Below are positions 48,455 to 61,500 of a DNA stretch of 64,000 nucleotides, in pieces. Each line of letters starts with the position of its first letter. The stretch's first letter is position 1. The translations under genes were made by a program, and so were the position numbers. The stretch covers positions 397,668,001 through 397,732,000 of the forward strand of contig OZ024741.1 in the NCBI GenBank assembly GCA_964016885.1. Reading direction: 5' to 3'. A model generated the notes under the pieces. That model did no database searches and had not been told where the DNA came from. It saw only the letters and a program-made list of their open reading frames with translations. Source of the stretch: Eledone cirrhosa (Eukaryota).

Positions 48455-51400
48455 CTACAGGCTTATGTAAAGAGAAGGCCCATTCACACGGGCCATTCTC
48501 GCCACTTTCACCCACCTTTCATAAAAACGACTGGGGTGCAGCACCTCTCTCTCCATCCTGATCCTTCTTCCGAAATGATATCGGAAGAAACGGACCAGTT
48601 GTTGGCCAGAGAGAAAGGTGCCTGACCTCAGTCCTTTCAGACGCGTCCACCATACAACCTCTTTCGCCATGGCTATTACGCACAGAAACACCGCCTCTGC
48701 TTCATCTTTGAAGGGGGGAGGCGGCTTGATCATTACAATAGACTCGGTGGTCAACCGGATCGGTCCCACCCTTGACAGCAGTTGTTCGACATAGCCCCAC
48801 AGATCGGCTACGCCCGAGCAGTGTACCAATGCGTGTGCAACGGTTTCCTCGTCGCACACGCATCTGGGACAGATCTTTTTGGCAGGGTCCCTACCCGGGC
48901 GCCCGTGTCTGTAGAGCCTTTCTCGAACGGGTAAAGCCCCTCGGTAGCACTGCCAGGCCAGGGACTTCTGGAAGTTGTCCATAGGTCCCAGGCTGAATGT
49001 CCCACCGAACAGGCTGGCCAGTTCGTCCTCCTCCATGTCTAGGGCTTCTCCGAGGGCGTCGTCGCACCTGCTGCGTACCAGCCCTCTATAGAATGTTGCG
49101 GTGGAGTCTCCACTGATAACCGGATCCGCCTGCCAGAGGGCGGTGAGCGCCTGGGCACACTCAGTGTGCCAGGCGCCCAGTTTTCTCGGTCTTTGCTTGA
49201 CCCAGGATTGCAGCTCGGTGAGTGAGACGAGTCTGGGAAAGGTTCGTCTCACAAACGAGGCCCACACCGGTTGTCCGGTGAGGAATACGTAGAGGTGCCG
49301 TAGCCTTAATGCGTGTTTACGCATCATTAGCCACGGCATCCCCAGCCCTCCTTTCGAAGGGTGTTGACAGCAGATGGATCTCCTCACCATAGGAGCCCGC
49401 CTCTTCCAAAGGAATTGGAAGAGCGCGCGCTCCATCTTGGTGAGGGTTTCCCTTGGGCAGGGCACTACGGTCAGGCGGTAGTAGATGACGGACGCTATAT
49501 AAGTGTTCGCCACCTCCGCCCGACCTTTCAGGGATAGTTTGCAACTGGCCCACTTCTGGGTCAGTGCAAACACCCTGTTCGTAACCTCCGCCCAGTTTTT
49601 CTCCACCTGGAGGTCCGGTCCGAACCAGACCCCGAGCAACTTCACCGGGCCCTCCGTCCAGCGTCCGACGACGCCATCGGAGGGCATCGGTCTGCCCCTC
49701 CACGTGCCGAGTTGCAAACCGATCGACTTGTCCCGGTTCAGCTTAGCCCCTGTGAACTTTTCGTACTCCTCCAGTAAGGTGCCGACCGCCTCGATTTCGG
49801 AGGCCGTCGACACCATTACTGTCACGTCATCGGCGTAGGCTGACACCGCTTTCCGCAATCCCGGTTCCAAAGGGATGCCCTGCAACAACTCCAACTTCCG
49901 CAGTAGTGGCTCGAGAGTCAACACATACAGAAGGGAGGAGAGAGGGCACCCTTGTCGGATGGACCGCGCGATTTTGAACGGCTCCGATAGGTAGCCGTTC
50001 ACCTTGACCCTAGAGCAGATGCGGCTGCTGTGCATAGCAGTGATCCAGCCCCTGAAAACGGGTCCGAAGCCTGCCGCCGCTAGCACCGCATCCAGGTAAG
50101 CATGGTCGACCCTATCGAACGCCTTAGATTGATCCAAGTTGATCAGAGCCCCACCAAAGCCGGGTTCGTTCCCAACCCTCTCTATCGCATGAGGTGGAGG
50201 TTGTCATGGATGGACCTGGACGGGATAGCGCATGCCTGCGCATCTCCCACCAGGTTGCCCACGACAAGCGCCAACCTCTTTGCTAGCACCTTGGCCAAAA
50301 TCTGTAACTCTGTATTTAGCAGAGTTATGGGCTTGAAGTTACTTATTTCGTCCCCCTTGTTCTCGTCCTTCCTCACTAGCGTGACTACGCCCTTGGTCAC
50401 AGTACAGGGAATTCTCCCGTTCTGTTGCCAGTTGCAGTAGACCGCCTCGAGGAGATCGGGGAACAAGTCCGGCATAGCTAGATATAATTCGTAAGGAAGA
50501 CCATCGAAACCCGGGGATTTGCGTTTGCCGCATTGGCTCAGCACGTCCTCTATCTCAGCGGCCGAAATCGGCTCCTCGCAGGACTTTGCCTCCCTGTCCG
50601 AGTGGCGCGGCAGGCCGTCGAGGTATGGACCGAAGTCCACGTTCCCAACCGGCTCCCCGCCCCTCCCGAACAGTCGGGCAAAGTGCCTTTGAAAGGCCTC
50701 ACACATCTGCTTAGGCTCAAGAATCGCCCGTCCATCCAGGTCTCGCAAAGACCGGATGGTGGATTTAGTTCCACTGTTGGCCTCTGTCACGCGGGCCCAG
50801 CTAACAGCTTTGGTCCCCTCGTTCCCTAGAGCACGTATTTTACTTCGGACAACGCAGCCTTCGTGCTTCGCGTCGAAAAACTGGCTCAAAGCCGTTCTCG
50901 ACGCTAGCACTCTGGCCACGTCGCCGCTTCTAATTGCCTCTTCTACTCTATCTATTAGCTCCCTTTCCTTCCTATTCCTATCCGCAGCTAGAACCTTACT
51001 AAATTCTATCGAGACTACTCTAATCTCTCTCTTTAGAGATACCCACCACCTGCTGTTGACGATCGCTCCAGTCAACCGTTCCTTCACTAACGTACTAATC
51101 CGATTCCTGTAGGCTCTACTTGCCGGCAAGGACAAGTTGAGCTTCCAGTAACCGGGGCCCTGTCTATGGGTTCTATCAAGGTTGACCATGCAGGTCACCA
51201 ACTTGTGGTCTGAATAGCCAACCATGAGCATTTCTGGACAACTTAAAAAGTCCCTGTCCTTATTTCTAACTAAAAATCTATCTAGGTACGACCTAGATGA
51301 TCCGCTGCGATTTGACCAAGACCAGGTTGGCACCGTCGGAAAATCTAGTCGAAATCTATCGGCCAGGTCAAATCGGCCGAGTAACCCCTTGAGGCTGTTG

Positions 51401-51885
51401 CACCCCTCTCTATCGGGACATGCCCCTGCATAGTCCCAACGTGCATCCAGGATACCATTCCAATCCCCCACTAAAAGCAGGGAACGGGACGTCCCTAGAA
51501 AAGACTCCAGACGCTGGAAAAAGTCGGGCCGCTCTGTTCCGAAAGGGGCATATGCGGCTACCAGCCTAAAGGCTCTACCTTCACCACTGCCAAGGTCCAG
51601 CACCACCAGTCGACCCCCTGGGTCCAAGTGAACTATCTGTGTTGCAAGGCCCATATGTTTTTGCAGCAGAACGACAACCCCACCCCCACCTCCGGGCTGA
51701 CAGAGAGATGCGTGCATCTCAAAGTCGTCAAAGGTGGGGGCTAGCTGCCGCATGCTGCTGATCCGGGCCTCGCAGATAACCATCACATTTATAGATTGTG
51801 ACCTGAGGTCATTTAGAAGCATTGCTTGCTTCCAAGACGAGCCCAGGCCACGCGCATTTAGACACCCTACTCTTAGCACAGCCAT
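48455..51885 (-). pseudogene. Tx1 ORF2, disrupted by a 7-bp deletion at about 50185
   Basis: MAVLRVGCLNARGL..; CTCTCTATCGCAT versus CTCTCTATGATGTATCGCAT in element 1; the two halves are ORFs 50182-51909 and 48455-50137. Confidence 0.9.
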
Positions 51886-51909
51886 GTTGGTGGTAAGGAG
51901 AAAAGGCAC

Positions 51910-53547
51910 TTACCTCTCTGCGTCCCAGGAAACGGGCCGCTCAATTTCCATGCTGGTTGGGGATGGGTTGTTGGGTGGGGTGGTGGTTTGTGGAAGTGAA
52001 GGGGCATCGGTGTGTTGTGGGGTTGGGGTGTTTGTGGTTGAGTGGGTGTCTGGGTGGGGTGAGGGGGTGAATTTTTTTAGGAGGACGCGGTTGATTGGTT
52101 TGGCGCAGGGGGGGGGGGGACCCACGTCCTCCGTGAAATTTATTTTCAGTGTTTTGTACAAGTGCATTGGGACTTTTATCATTTTTAAATGAGGTAGTCC
52201 CACAGCAGTTATAAAGTTAGGCCCTTCAGTTTGGCCCGTAATTATTTGTTATCTGTGTTCATGTATGTGTATTGTAAGGTCTTTTTTTGTGTAGCAGTTA
52301 GTGTTGTGTGACAGGGAGGGGTGGTTTGTGTGTAGTTTGTGTTCTCTTGGGGGGGGGGTTAAAGTTAACATGTGTGTCTGTGGTGCGTCTCCTCTTCTTT
52401 CTTTTTACTTGTTGGAAGGGATCTTTTTCGTCTTGCGACGAAAGAGGTTCGTCTTCCTTGTTGGGTGGGAGGAGTATGTTTTCTGGTAGTGTTTGCGGTG
52501 TGCGTGTTTTTGTATTTGTTTTGGGTGGGGAGGGATTGGGTGGGACAATATTCTGTGTTATTTTTTCACGTGTTTGTTGTTGTTGTTGTTGTTGTTGTTG
52601 TGGTGGTGGTGGTGGTGGGGTTGTTGGTTTTTGTTGTTGTTGTGGTTGTTTTTGTTGTTGTAGTTGGGGTGGTGTTGGTGTTGGTAGCAGTGTTTTTTTC
52701 TGTGTGAGCTGGGGACAGGCAGCCCTCAGGTGACCTCTATTGCCACAGAGGTAACAGGAGGGACGCCTACCCTCCACAATAATGTTGAGGTGTGTACGGT
52801 CATCCAGCATGACGCGCTCAGGGATTTGGGCGATGCGTTCTGGCCTTATTTGGGTCAGAACTTCGATGCTCGTTCCACTGAACGCGTCGCCGGATGCCTT
52901 CCCTATTGAAATGAGGTTGTCCTCGTCTAAATTGAGGAAACCGGTTAGTAACCACCAGTAGTTTATGTTTGGGGTGATGGTGGTTATCCATATCCTCTGG
53001 GTTTTTTTACCCATGTAGGTGGGGAAGAAGGTGTAGTGTGTGGACCGAATTGGCGACACAGAGTATTTTTTTGCCGCCAATTCGTCTTTCATCAATATGG
53101 ATAAACTCCCATAGAGTTTATCCTTTTGTATAAAAGTGATATCTCTCATCGCGTCTTTCAAGACTAACTGAATTTCCGCTTGAGATGGTTGCGCTAGTTT
53201 CTTTGTTTTATTTAAAATTGTTCGGAATACGACAGTTCGTAATTCCGTCTGTCTTTTTAGCTCCGGAGGTGAATGTATAGAAAACGAACCGTTTTCGCCA
53301 AAAGACACATATTTCTTGGCTTTTTCCAGCATTTCTTTTGCTTTTGAAATATCTTCCAGCACATAAGCGACTGATAATTTAGCCGTTTGTGCAAAAGATA
53401 TTTTGTTTTCGCTTTGGATTTTAGTATTGTTTTGTTTCTCGTCGTTTGAGTTGTTTTCATCTTTGTTGTTGTTGTTGTCTTTCTCGTTTGGTGTGTGGAT
53501 ACTTGTGACGTTTGTGTTGTTGTTGTTTTTGTTGTCTTTATTGTTGC

Positions 53548-53578
<31 letters not shown>

Positions 53579-53710
53579 TTCAAATTCTTGTGTAGTTGTG
53601 GCTACATCTAGTGGTCGGTCAACAGGTGAAGACAATTCTTCCTCTCTCTGACCTCTGCCTTTGGCATCTGCTGCTGTGACAGTGGCAGGGGGAAGCTGTG
53701 AGTATGACAT
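51910..53710 (-). pseudogene. Tx1 ORF1, frameshifted near the C-terminus
   Basis: CYLCGNRGHLRAAC; shift at poly-G about 52350 and a short deletion near 52245. Confidence 0.82.
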
Positions 53711-53833
53711 AGATAGACAGTCAGATAGGTAGATAGATAGATAAATAGATACAGAGAGGGGTGATAAGTAGATAGACAGCCAGTCAGATAGGTATATAGA
53801 TAGAGAGAGAGGGGGGTGATAAGCAGATAGATA

Positions 53834-53882
53834 TATTTCTTTATTAGCCACAAGGGAGCACAAGAAAAGAGGACAGAACAAA
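53834..53882 (-). mobile_element. extremely 5'-truncated Tx1 3' stub
   Basis: TGTCCTCTTTTCTTGTGCTCCCTTGTGGCTAATAAAGAAAT followed by TATCTATCT, like the 3' ends of elements 1 and 2. Confidence 0.75.
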
Positions 53883-54249
53883 GATAGACAGTCAGATAGG
53901 TAGGTAGATAGATACAGAGGTGGGGATGATAGATAGATAGATAGACAGACAGTCAGATAGATAGAGAGAGAGTGAGCAAGAGAGCGAGGGGAAAGAGTAG
54001 AGGATATGCAGCATTATTAAAAAAGCACAACATTTGTGTTACCTTTGAAAAGACACAGATGTAACAGTTAAGTAGTACCAGAGGGGTTTCTCCTACAACA
54101 ATTACTTAGAGTTTTAACAAGAACCTCTTTGTTAACCTATAACCTGATTTACACCTGTCCTAGTTTTGTGACAGTTTTAACCTGAATCCCTTTGTTAACC
54201 TTTAACCTAATTTACACCTGTTCTACCTAGTTGTCAACTTAAAACTTGC

Positions 54250-54680
54250 CAGTACACTACAATACAGTGTATTACACTGTATTGTAGTGTAATACATTGC
54301 AGTACACTATAATACAGTGTTATATACTGTATTACAATGTACTACAGTGTATTACACTATCACATTGTAATATACTATAATACACTATATTACACTGCAG
54401 TATACTGTAGCACATTATAGTATACTGTGATACATTGTAATACACTACAATACACTGTAATATACTACAATACACTGTAATATACTGTAATACATTGTAA
54501 TATAGTGTAATACACTACAATACAGTGTAATACACTTTATTACACTGTAGCACATTATAGTATACTGTGATACATTGTAATACATTGTAACACACTACAA
54601 TACACTGTAATATACTACAATACACTACAATACACTGTAATATACTGTAATACACTAATAATAGACTGTATTATACTTTG
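54250..54680. repeat. 10-bp TACACTGTAA-type tandem repeat
   Basis: Direct inspection; includes a local inversion near 54285. Confidence 0.9.
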
Positions 54681-54753
54681 TATGTATGGTCCCATAACTC
54701 CTGAGGGTATTGTAGGGATGCAGTATTGACATATGGTGTTTCTAGGGCATTCT

Positions 54754-54979
54754 TTAACCCCCTATTTACATTACTCTATATTTACTATTGCATTTTCGCA
54801 GTAAAATTTTTATCTCAGATAATTTTCCCACATAATATCAAATCTATGAGCTTTTGATATTATTTATTTTGGGAACAATACCTTAAAATAGGTATGAGCA
54901 GCCAGTTATGGCCAGTTTGAACAGAAAGAGGTGAGAGAATTTTGGCCGGATACGGCTGGTTTGAATGTTAGAGGGTTAA
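54754..54979. mobile_element. piggyBac-like MITE
   Basis: TTAA-CCC ... GGG-TTAA; homologous to 29649-29877. Confidence 0.8.
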
Positions 54980-55544
54980 ACTTGGTGGAACCCATCTTCT
55001 CTCCAGATCTTAAAACAGTAGATTTTTTTTTCCAGATAAGGATAAAAAGTAAGAGAATAGAAATGAGAAAAAGATATAGAGGAAGAATTGAGCCCAGTAC
55101 TTGACCTCAGCATGATTTCAACTCAGACAATTGGAGCAACTACCACAGAGTATTCTATCCGAAGTTCTAATGACTCTGCCAATTCACCGCCTTTTGTATT
55201 GCATTTTATTACACTGTAATACATTTTAGTATACTATAATTCACTATATTACACTGTAATCTACTGTAATACGGTGAGATAAACTTTTTCTAATCATAAG
55301 AAGATTTCATAGAAGTAGTTGATAGCTTCTGCTACCTATATGGTCTAATTATCATTAGTGTTGATGTTGATAATGATGATGATGAATTACTTCTATTGGA
55401 GAGTTTGTAAAAGAGTTCAAATAAGTTTTGTGAAGTGAAGAATAGCTGACATTTCATGTTCTTGACCTTAAATCTAAGAGTGAGGAACTTGGAGAGACTT
55501 GGTGCTTTGGCTGCTAGCTAGGAATAAATAAAAATAATAGTAAT

Positions 55545-55931
55545 AATAATTGTTTCTACTTTTGGCACAAGGCCAGCAATTATCCCAGGGTATTACTGGT
55601 ACTTTATTTTATCGAGGCAAAGTTAACCTCAGCGGGATTTGAACTCAGATCATAAAGGACCGTAACTCTTTGCTGCAAAGCATGGTGTCCGACTCTCTAC
55701 CGATACTGCCAATCCACCGCCCTAATAATAGTAATAATAATGCCAATAATAATAATTGTTTCTACTTTTGGCACAAGGCCAGCAATTATCCCAGTGTATT
55801 ACTGGTACTTTATTTTATCGACCCTGTAAGGATGAAAGGCAAAGTTAACCTCGGCGGGATTTGAACTCAGAATGGCAACGGCTGTAACTCTGTGTCAAAG
55901 CATGGCGTCCGACGCTCTACCGATACAGCCA
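55545..55931 (-). mobile_element. two tandem Nin-like SINEs with (TAA)n tails
   Basis: 55545-55722 and 55750-55931 match 24048-24234. Confidence 0.82.
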
Positions 55932-56029
55932 TTATAATAATAATGATTTCTTTATTTACCACAAGAGTTTACATAAAGGAAAACATTAAGGATGGTACAG
56001 GACGGTACAAATATGGGTTTCTGAATATA

Positions 56030-57842
56030 ATAATAAATAATAATGAAATTATTGTGTATAGTGCTCAGGTGCACTACAACTCATCAAAGGTGCATGTATA
56101 GTACATAGAATAATATACAAATGTCAGGGAAGTGAATAGTGTATGAGTCATGATATACATGTGTGCGTGTGTATGGAGGGGGAATATTAGGTGTAGTGTT
56201 GGCGAATCTCAGGAAGCATGGAAGTTTTAAAGGATGCAGTGTCTCGACAGCTAACAACTGATGTAGGTAGTTTGTTCCATGGAGGTTTTAAAGGATGCAG
56301 TGTCCTGACAGCTAACAACTGATGCAGGTAGTTTGTTCCATGGAGGTTTTAAAGGATGCAGTGTCTCGACAGCTAACAACTGATGCAGGTAGTTTGTTCC
56401 ATGGAGGTTTTAAAGGATGCAGTGTCTCGACAGCTAATAACTGATGCAGGTAGTTTGTTCCATGGAGGTTTTAAAGAATGCAGTGTCTCGACAGCTAACA
56501 ACTGATGCAGGTAGTTTGTTCCATGGAGGTTTTAAAGGATGCAGTGTCTCGACAGCTAACAACTGATGCAGGTAGTTTGTTCCATGGAGGTTTTAAAGGA
56601 TGCAGTGTCTCGACAGCTAACAACTGATGCAGGTAGTTTGTTCCATGGAGGTTTTAAAGGATGCAGTGTCTCGACAGCTAATAACTGATGCAGGTAGTTT
56701 GTTCCATGGAGGTTTTAAAGAATGCAGTGTCTCGACAGCTAACAACTGATGCAGGTAGTTTGTTCCATGGAGGTTTTAAAGGATGCAGTGTCTCGACAGC
56801 TAACAACTGATGCAGGTAGTTTGTTCCATGGAGGTTTTAAAGGATGCAGTGTCTCGACAGCTAACAACTGATGCAGGTAGTTTGTTCCATGGAGGTTTTA
56901 AAGGATGCAGTGTCTCGACAGCTAATAACTGATGCAGGTAGTTTGTTCCATGGAGGTTTTAAAGAATGCAGTGTCTCGACAGCTAACAACTGATGCAGGT
57001 AGTTTGTTCCATGGAGGTTTTAAAGGATGCAGTGTCTCGACAGCTAACAACTGATGCAGGTAGTTTGTTCCATGGAGGTTTTAAAGGATGCAGTGTCTCG
57101 ACAGCTAACAACTGATGCAGGTAGTTTGTTCCATGGAGGTTTTAAAGGATGCAGTGTCTCGACAGCTAATAACTGATGCAGGTAGTTTGTTCCATGGAGG
57201 TTTTAAAGAATGCAGTGTCTCGACAGCTAACAACTGATGCAGGTAGTTTGTTCCATGGAGGTTTTAAAGGATGCAGTGTCTCGACAGCTAACAACTGATG
57301 CAGGTAGTTTGTTCCATGGAGGTTTTAAAGGATGCAGTGTCTCGACAGCTAATAACTGATGCAGGTAGTTTGTTCCATGGAGGTTTTAAAGAATGCAGTG
57401 TCTCGACAGCTAACAACTGATGCAGGTAGTTTGTTCCATGGAGGTTTTAAAGGATGCAGTGTCTCGACAGCTAACAACTGATGCAGGTAGTTTGTTCCAT
57501 GGAGGTTTTAAAGGATGCAGTGTCTCGACAGCTAACAACTGATGCAGGTAGTTTGTTCCATGGAGGTTTTAAAGGATGCAGTGTCTCGACAGCTAATAAC
57601 TGATGCAGGTAGTTTGTTCCATGGAGGTTTTAAAGAATGCAGTGTTTCGACAGCTAACAACTGATGCAGGTAGTTTGTTCCATGGAGGTTTTAAAGGATG
57701 CAGTGTCTCGACAGCTAACAACTGATGCAGGTAGTTTGTTCCATGGAGGTTTTAAAGGATGCAGTGTCTCGACAGCTAACAACTGATGCAGATAGTTTGT
57801 TCCATGCTTCAGCAACTCTAAGCGTGAAAAAATGTTTCCAAA
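56030..57842 (-). mobile_element. CR1-like LINE 3' fragment with internal 61-bp amplification
   Basis: KHFFTLRVAEAWNKLPASVVSCRDTASFKTSMLPEIRQHYT*, then 3' UTR ending in (TTA)n. Confidence 0.85.
56217..57806. repeat. 61-bp minisatellite, about 26 copies, with 4-unit higher-order repeat
   Basis: CATGGAGGTTTTAAAGGATGCAGTGTCTCGACAGCTAACAACTGATGCAGGTAGTTTGTTC; the linked variants CTAATAACT / AAAGAATG recur at about 244, 244, 244, 183, 244 bp. Confidence 0.97.
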
Positions 57843-58074
57843 ATAACAATAACAATAACAATAACAAAAAAGGATAGAGTAAATTAAAGCACTCAACATA
57901 ATGGAGAACATCCACATGGCTGGTGCAGGAATGGAGTTAAATATTCAGGGATGGTTTACTGTTACAGTAACACCAAACTGTCAGGCCATCCTCCAACCAA
58001 AACTAACTTCTAGTTTTTATCCTCTGTTTGTGTTCACCATAGCCCTGTTGTCTTATATAACTGATTCTGCATGC

Positions 58075-58150
58075 AACATCTGATGAAATCGCCGAAGTCT
58101 TCCATCTTGATTGGATGATGAAACTGGATCATTGAAATATGTATAGTGTT
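58075..58150 (+). ncRNA. degenerate type I hammerhead motif with long stem II
   Basis: AACAT-CTGATGA-aat..att-GAAA-TATGTA-TA-GTGTT. Confidence 0.62.
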
Positions 58151-58221
58151 TTCACGCTATTAACATTTTAAAGAAAGTTTCCAGTCTATCCTTCTGTTAT
58201 TTTCCATAAGTTTATGGTTAT

Positions 58222-58541
58222 GGCTTTGCAATCGAAAGGTTGTGAGTTCAATTCTCAGACTGAGTGATGTGTTGTTTCCTTGAGCAAGACACTTTATTTC
58301 ACATTGCTCCAGTTTACTCAGCTGTAGAAATGAGATGATAGGGACTGGGGTCCATATCATTCCACTGCAAAGTGGTCGTCGAGGTGCCATGGCAAACAAG
58401 CACCCAGCACTCACTGTAAATGAGGTTGGTGTTAGGAAGGGCATCCAGCTGTAGAAAGAAAGCCATAATCAGTTCCCGTCCCACCCTTGCAAGCATGGAA
58501 AAGCGGACATAAAATGACAATGATGATGATGATGATGATGA

Positions 58542-58545
<4 letters not shown>
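58222..58545 (+). mobile_element. tripartite SINE (tRNA head, core, RTE tail)
   Basis: Reverse-complement match to 18128-18435. Confidence 0.88.
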
Positions 58546-58580
<35 letters not shown>

Positions 58581-58583
<3 letters not shown>

Positions 58584-61500
58584 TCATCATCATCATCATC
58601 AACGTTTAACGTCCGTGTTCCACGCTTGCATGGGTTTGGACGGGGGTAGTCCCACTTGAGGCAAGAGTGATTGTCTTGCTCGCATAGGACTGTCTGGCAG
58701 GTTTTCTACAGTTGGATGCCCTTCCTAACACCAACCACATTTACAGTGTGGGTCTGGGAGGTTTTTACCGTGTTGCCTACATGGCCACATTACAGCGTGG
58801 ACTGTGTTTTTTTGTCGTGACACCTACACGATCTCATTTGTTTCGGCCTGGATGGCGCGGCACCAACATAACTTTACATAGAACGGGGTGGTGTGGATGG
58901 GGTGGGGGTGGTGGTGGTGGGACGGGGTGTATTTTGTTAGAGATGCCTACTGGCAAGGCGGGTCTTCTCTATTACTGAGTACCGCCAAAGGTCTCGGTCC
59001 AGTGACATTGTCTTGGTGAGGTGTAAGTGTGTGAGGTCGGAGTTTATCAGCTCGTCCCAGGTTTTTCTGGGTCTGCCTACTCCGTGGCTACCGTCTATCT
59101 TTATTGCCCTGCACTTTGTTATACAGCTATCATCCTTCATGCGCATCACGTGACCATACCAACGTAGCCTTCTCTCTAGTAAACAACATCTGATCCCTCT
59201 TATTTCTAATTTTTTCCTTAGTTCGTTTATGCTTTGTCGTTCACGTATATTACTATTACACATCCAGCGGAGCATGCAAGCTTCGTTTCTCTCTAGTCTG
59301 CGTATATCCTCTGCACACAATGCCCAGGTCTCACTGCCATGCAACATTGCTGTTCGTATGCAGGCATCGTACAGCCTGCCTTTCATTTTTAGGGAGAACC
59401 CTTTAGCGGCTAATAGTGGTATAAGCTCTCTGAACTTTTTCCACCCAGTTCTGACTCTAGCTACTGTACTTTCAGAGCACCCTCCCCCACTGCTGATTTT
59501 GTCACCCAGGTAACGGAAGCTGTCCACTATTTCTATAGAACCCTCTGCGCAGTTGAAAGAGCTAGTATTTTGTGGGCACTTGCTGCTACTTATATCCCCA
59601 GAACACCGGCCACATGTAAAATCTATGTTCTTAGTTAGCTTACCTGTGATCCCACTACATCTTTTATGCACCCAAACTTTGCATTTGGGACACAAAATGG
59701 AATTTCTACCTACGCCTTTCCTACACTCTGCGCATGGCCACTTCCTGGAGGGGACCGCCGCCTTATTTTCTTTCTTACAAACTAGAACTTTAGTCTTAGC
59801 TAGGTTAATTTTAAGGCCTTTTGATTCTAGGCCGTGCTTCCATGTTTGGAATTTCTTCTCTAGCTCGGCCATTGATTCAGCTATGAGCGTTAGATCATCT
59901 GCGTATAGGAGTTCCCATGGGCAGCCGGTCTTGAACTCCACTGTTATAGCCTGGAGGGCAATAATAAATAGTAGGGGGCTAAGAACAGTGCCCTGATGAA
60001 CAACAACTTTTACACTAAACTCTTCACTATATTCGTTGTTAATTCTAACCTTGCTAACTGTTTCTTTATACATGGCTTGTATAGCTCTCACAAGCCATTC
60101 ATCAACACCTAGTTTTCTAAGAGCCCACCAGATAATGGAACGGGGGACTCTGTCGAAGGCCTTCTCCAAGTCGACGAAAGCTAAGTATAGGGGTTTACTT
60201 TTAGCTAGGTACTTCTCCTGTAGTTGTCGTACAATGAAAAGAGCGTCTGTGGTACTTTTTCCTGACACAAACCCGAACTGCATTTCATCTAGATCAATTC
60301 GCTCTCTGATTAGTTGCGCTATAACTTTTTCCGTGACCTTCATGACCTGGTCGATTAATTTAATGCCTCTATAGTTACTCCTATCTAGGGCGTCTCCTTT
60401 ACCCTTATAACAGTTAACGATAATGCTGCTGCGCCAGTCCTTCGGAACAACCCCATTCTGTATGACTTGGTTGACTATCCGGGTGACCATGGTGTGTCCC
60501 ACCATACCAGATGCCTTCAGCATCTCGGCAACTATTTCCGAAGGCCCAGCCGCCTTGCCTGTCTTCATATCTTTGATTGCCTTACTTATTATACTACCCT
60601 CGACTAACACTGCTGGTCCCTCTATTGGGTCGATGTGGGGGAGACTGTCTTTCTCCCATTTATTCTCCTCATTTAGTAGCCTTTCATAGTGACACTTCCA
60701 AGCTACCTTCTTATCGGCGTCGGTGATGGCAAGTATGCCGTCATCGTTAAGTACACACTTCTCCCCGACAATATCACTGTTTTCCTTGACACATTGCCTA
60801 GCAATCCTGAACACCTCACGTTTTTGGTCATCGCGTTGTAGAACATGCTTGAACTTTCTTTCCTCTGCTTCCCTTCTTGCGAAGTACACTTGTCTCCTAG
60901 CTTCCCTCCTGGCCACTTGATAGTCTTCTCTGCTTCCCCCATCCCGCCATACTTTCCAAGCCTGCTTTTTGGCCTTAATTGACCCCTCCACCTTACTGTT
61001 CCACCACCATGTTACTCTCCTCTTGCCTACAGGCCTGCTCCAGCCACAGACTTCGTCTGCCGCCGTCAGCAGGTTTGCTTTCAGGAATTCCCACAGTTCC
61101 TCTACCTTGTACGTCTCTAATTGCTCTTCCTCACTGTCGAAAGCATCAAGTAATATGCTTTGGAATTTATTTTTGGCTTTGGGGTCCTTTAGCTTCCATA
61201 TTTTTCTCCTGAGGATAGTCCTCTTCTGTTGTCTAGTACGTCTCGTCCTGACTATTAGGTCGCTAATTATCAGTCTATGTTGGGAAGTGCATTCTTCATG
61301 GGGGAGGGATTTAGTGTTTACGACAGTCACTTTGTCACGTCTTCTGGTAAGGATATAATCTACCTGGCTAGTATGTTCCCCTGATCTGTAGGTGATCAAG
61401 TGATTGTCTCGTTTTTTGAAGTTAGTGTTGCAGATAGTTAGGTTATTTGCGTCGCAGAATTCCAGGATTCTGGAGCCTTCCTCATTTCTAGTACCAAACC

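Larger units (their letters stand above)
48191..53710 (-). mobile_element. Tx1/L1-clade element 2 (related subfamily; no 5' UTR seen)
   Basis: Colinear with element 1; 3' end GTGGCAAATAAAAGAAAC. Confidence 0.95.

Noticed and set aside
42356-52733. Many short plus-strand ORFs over the Tx1 elements, and antisense ORFs over the RTEs and maT
   Set aside because: Shadow ORFs of the real reading frames on the opposite strand
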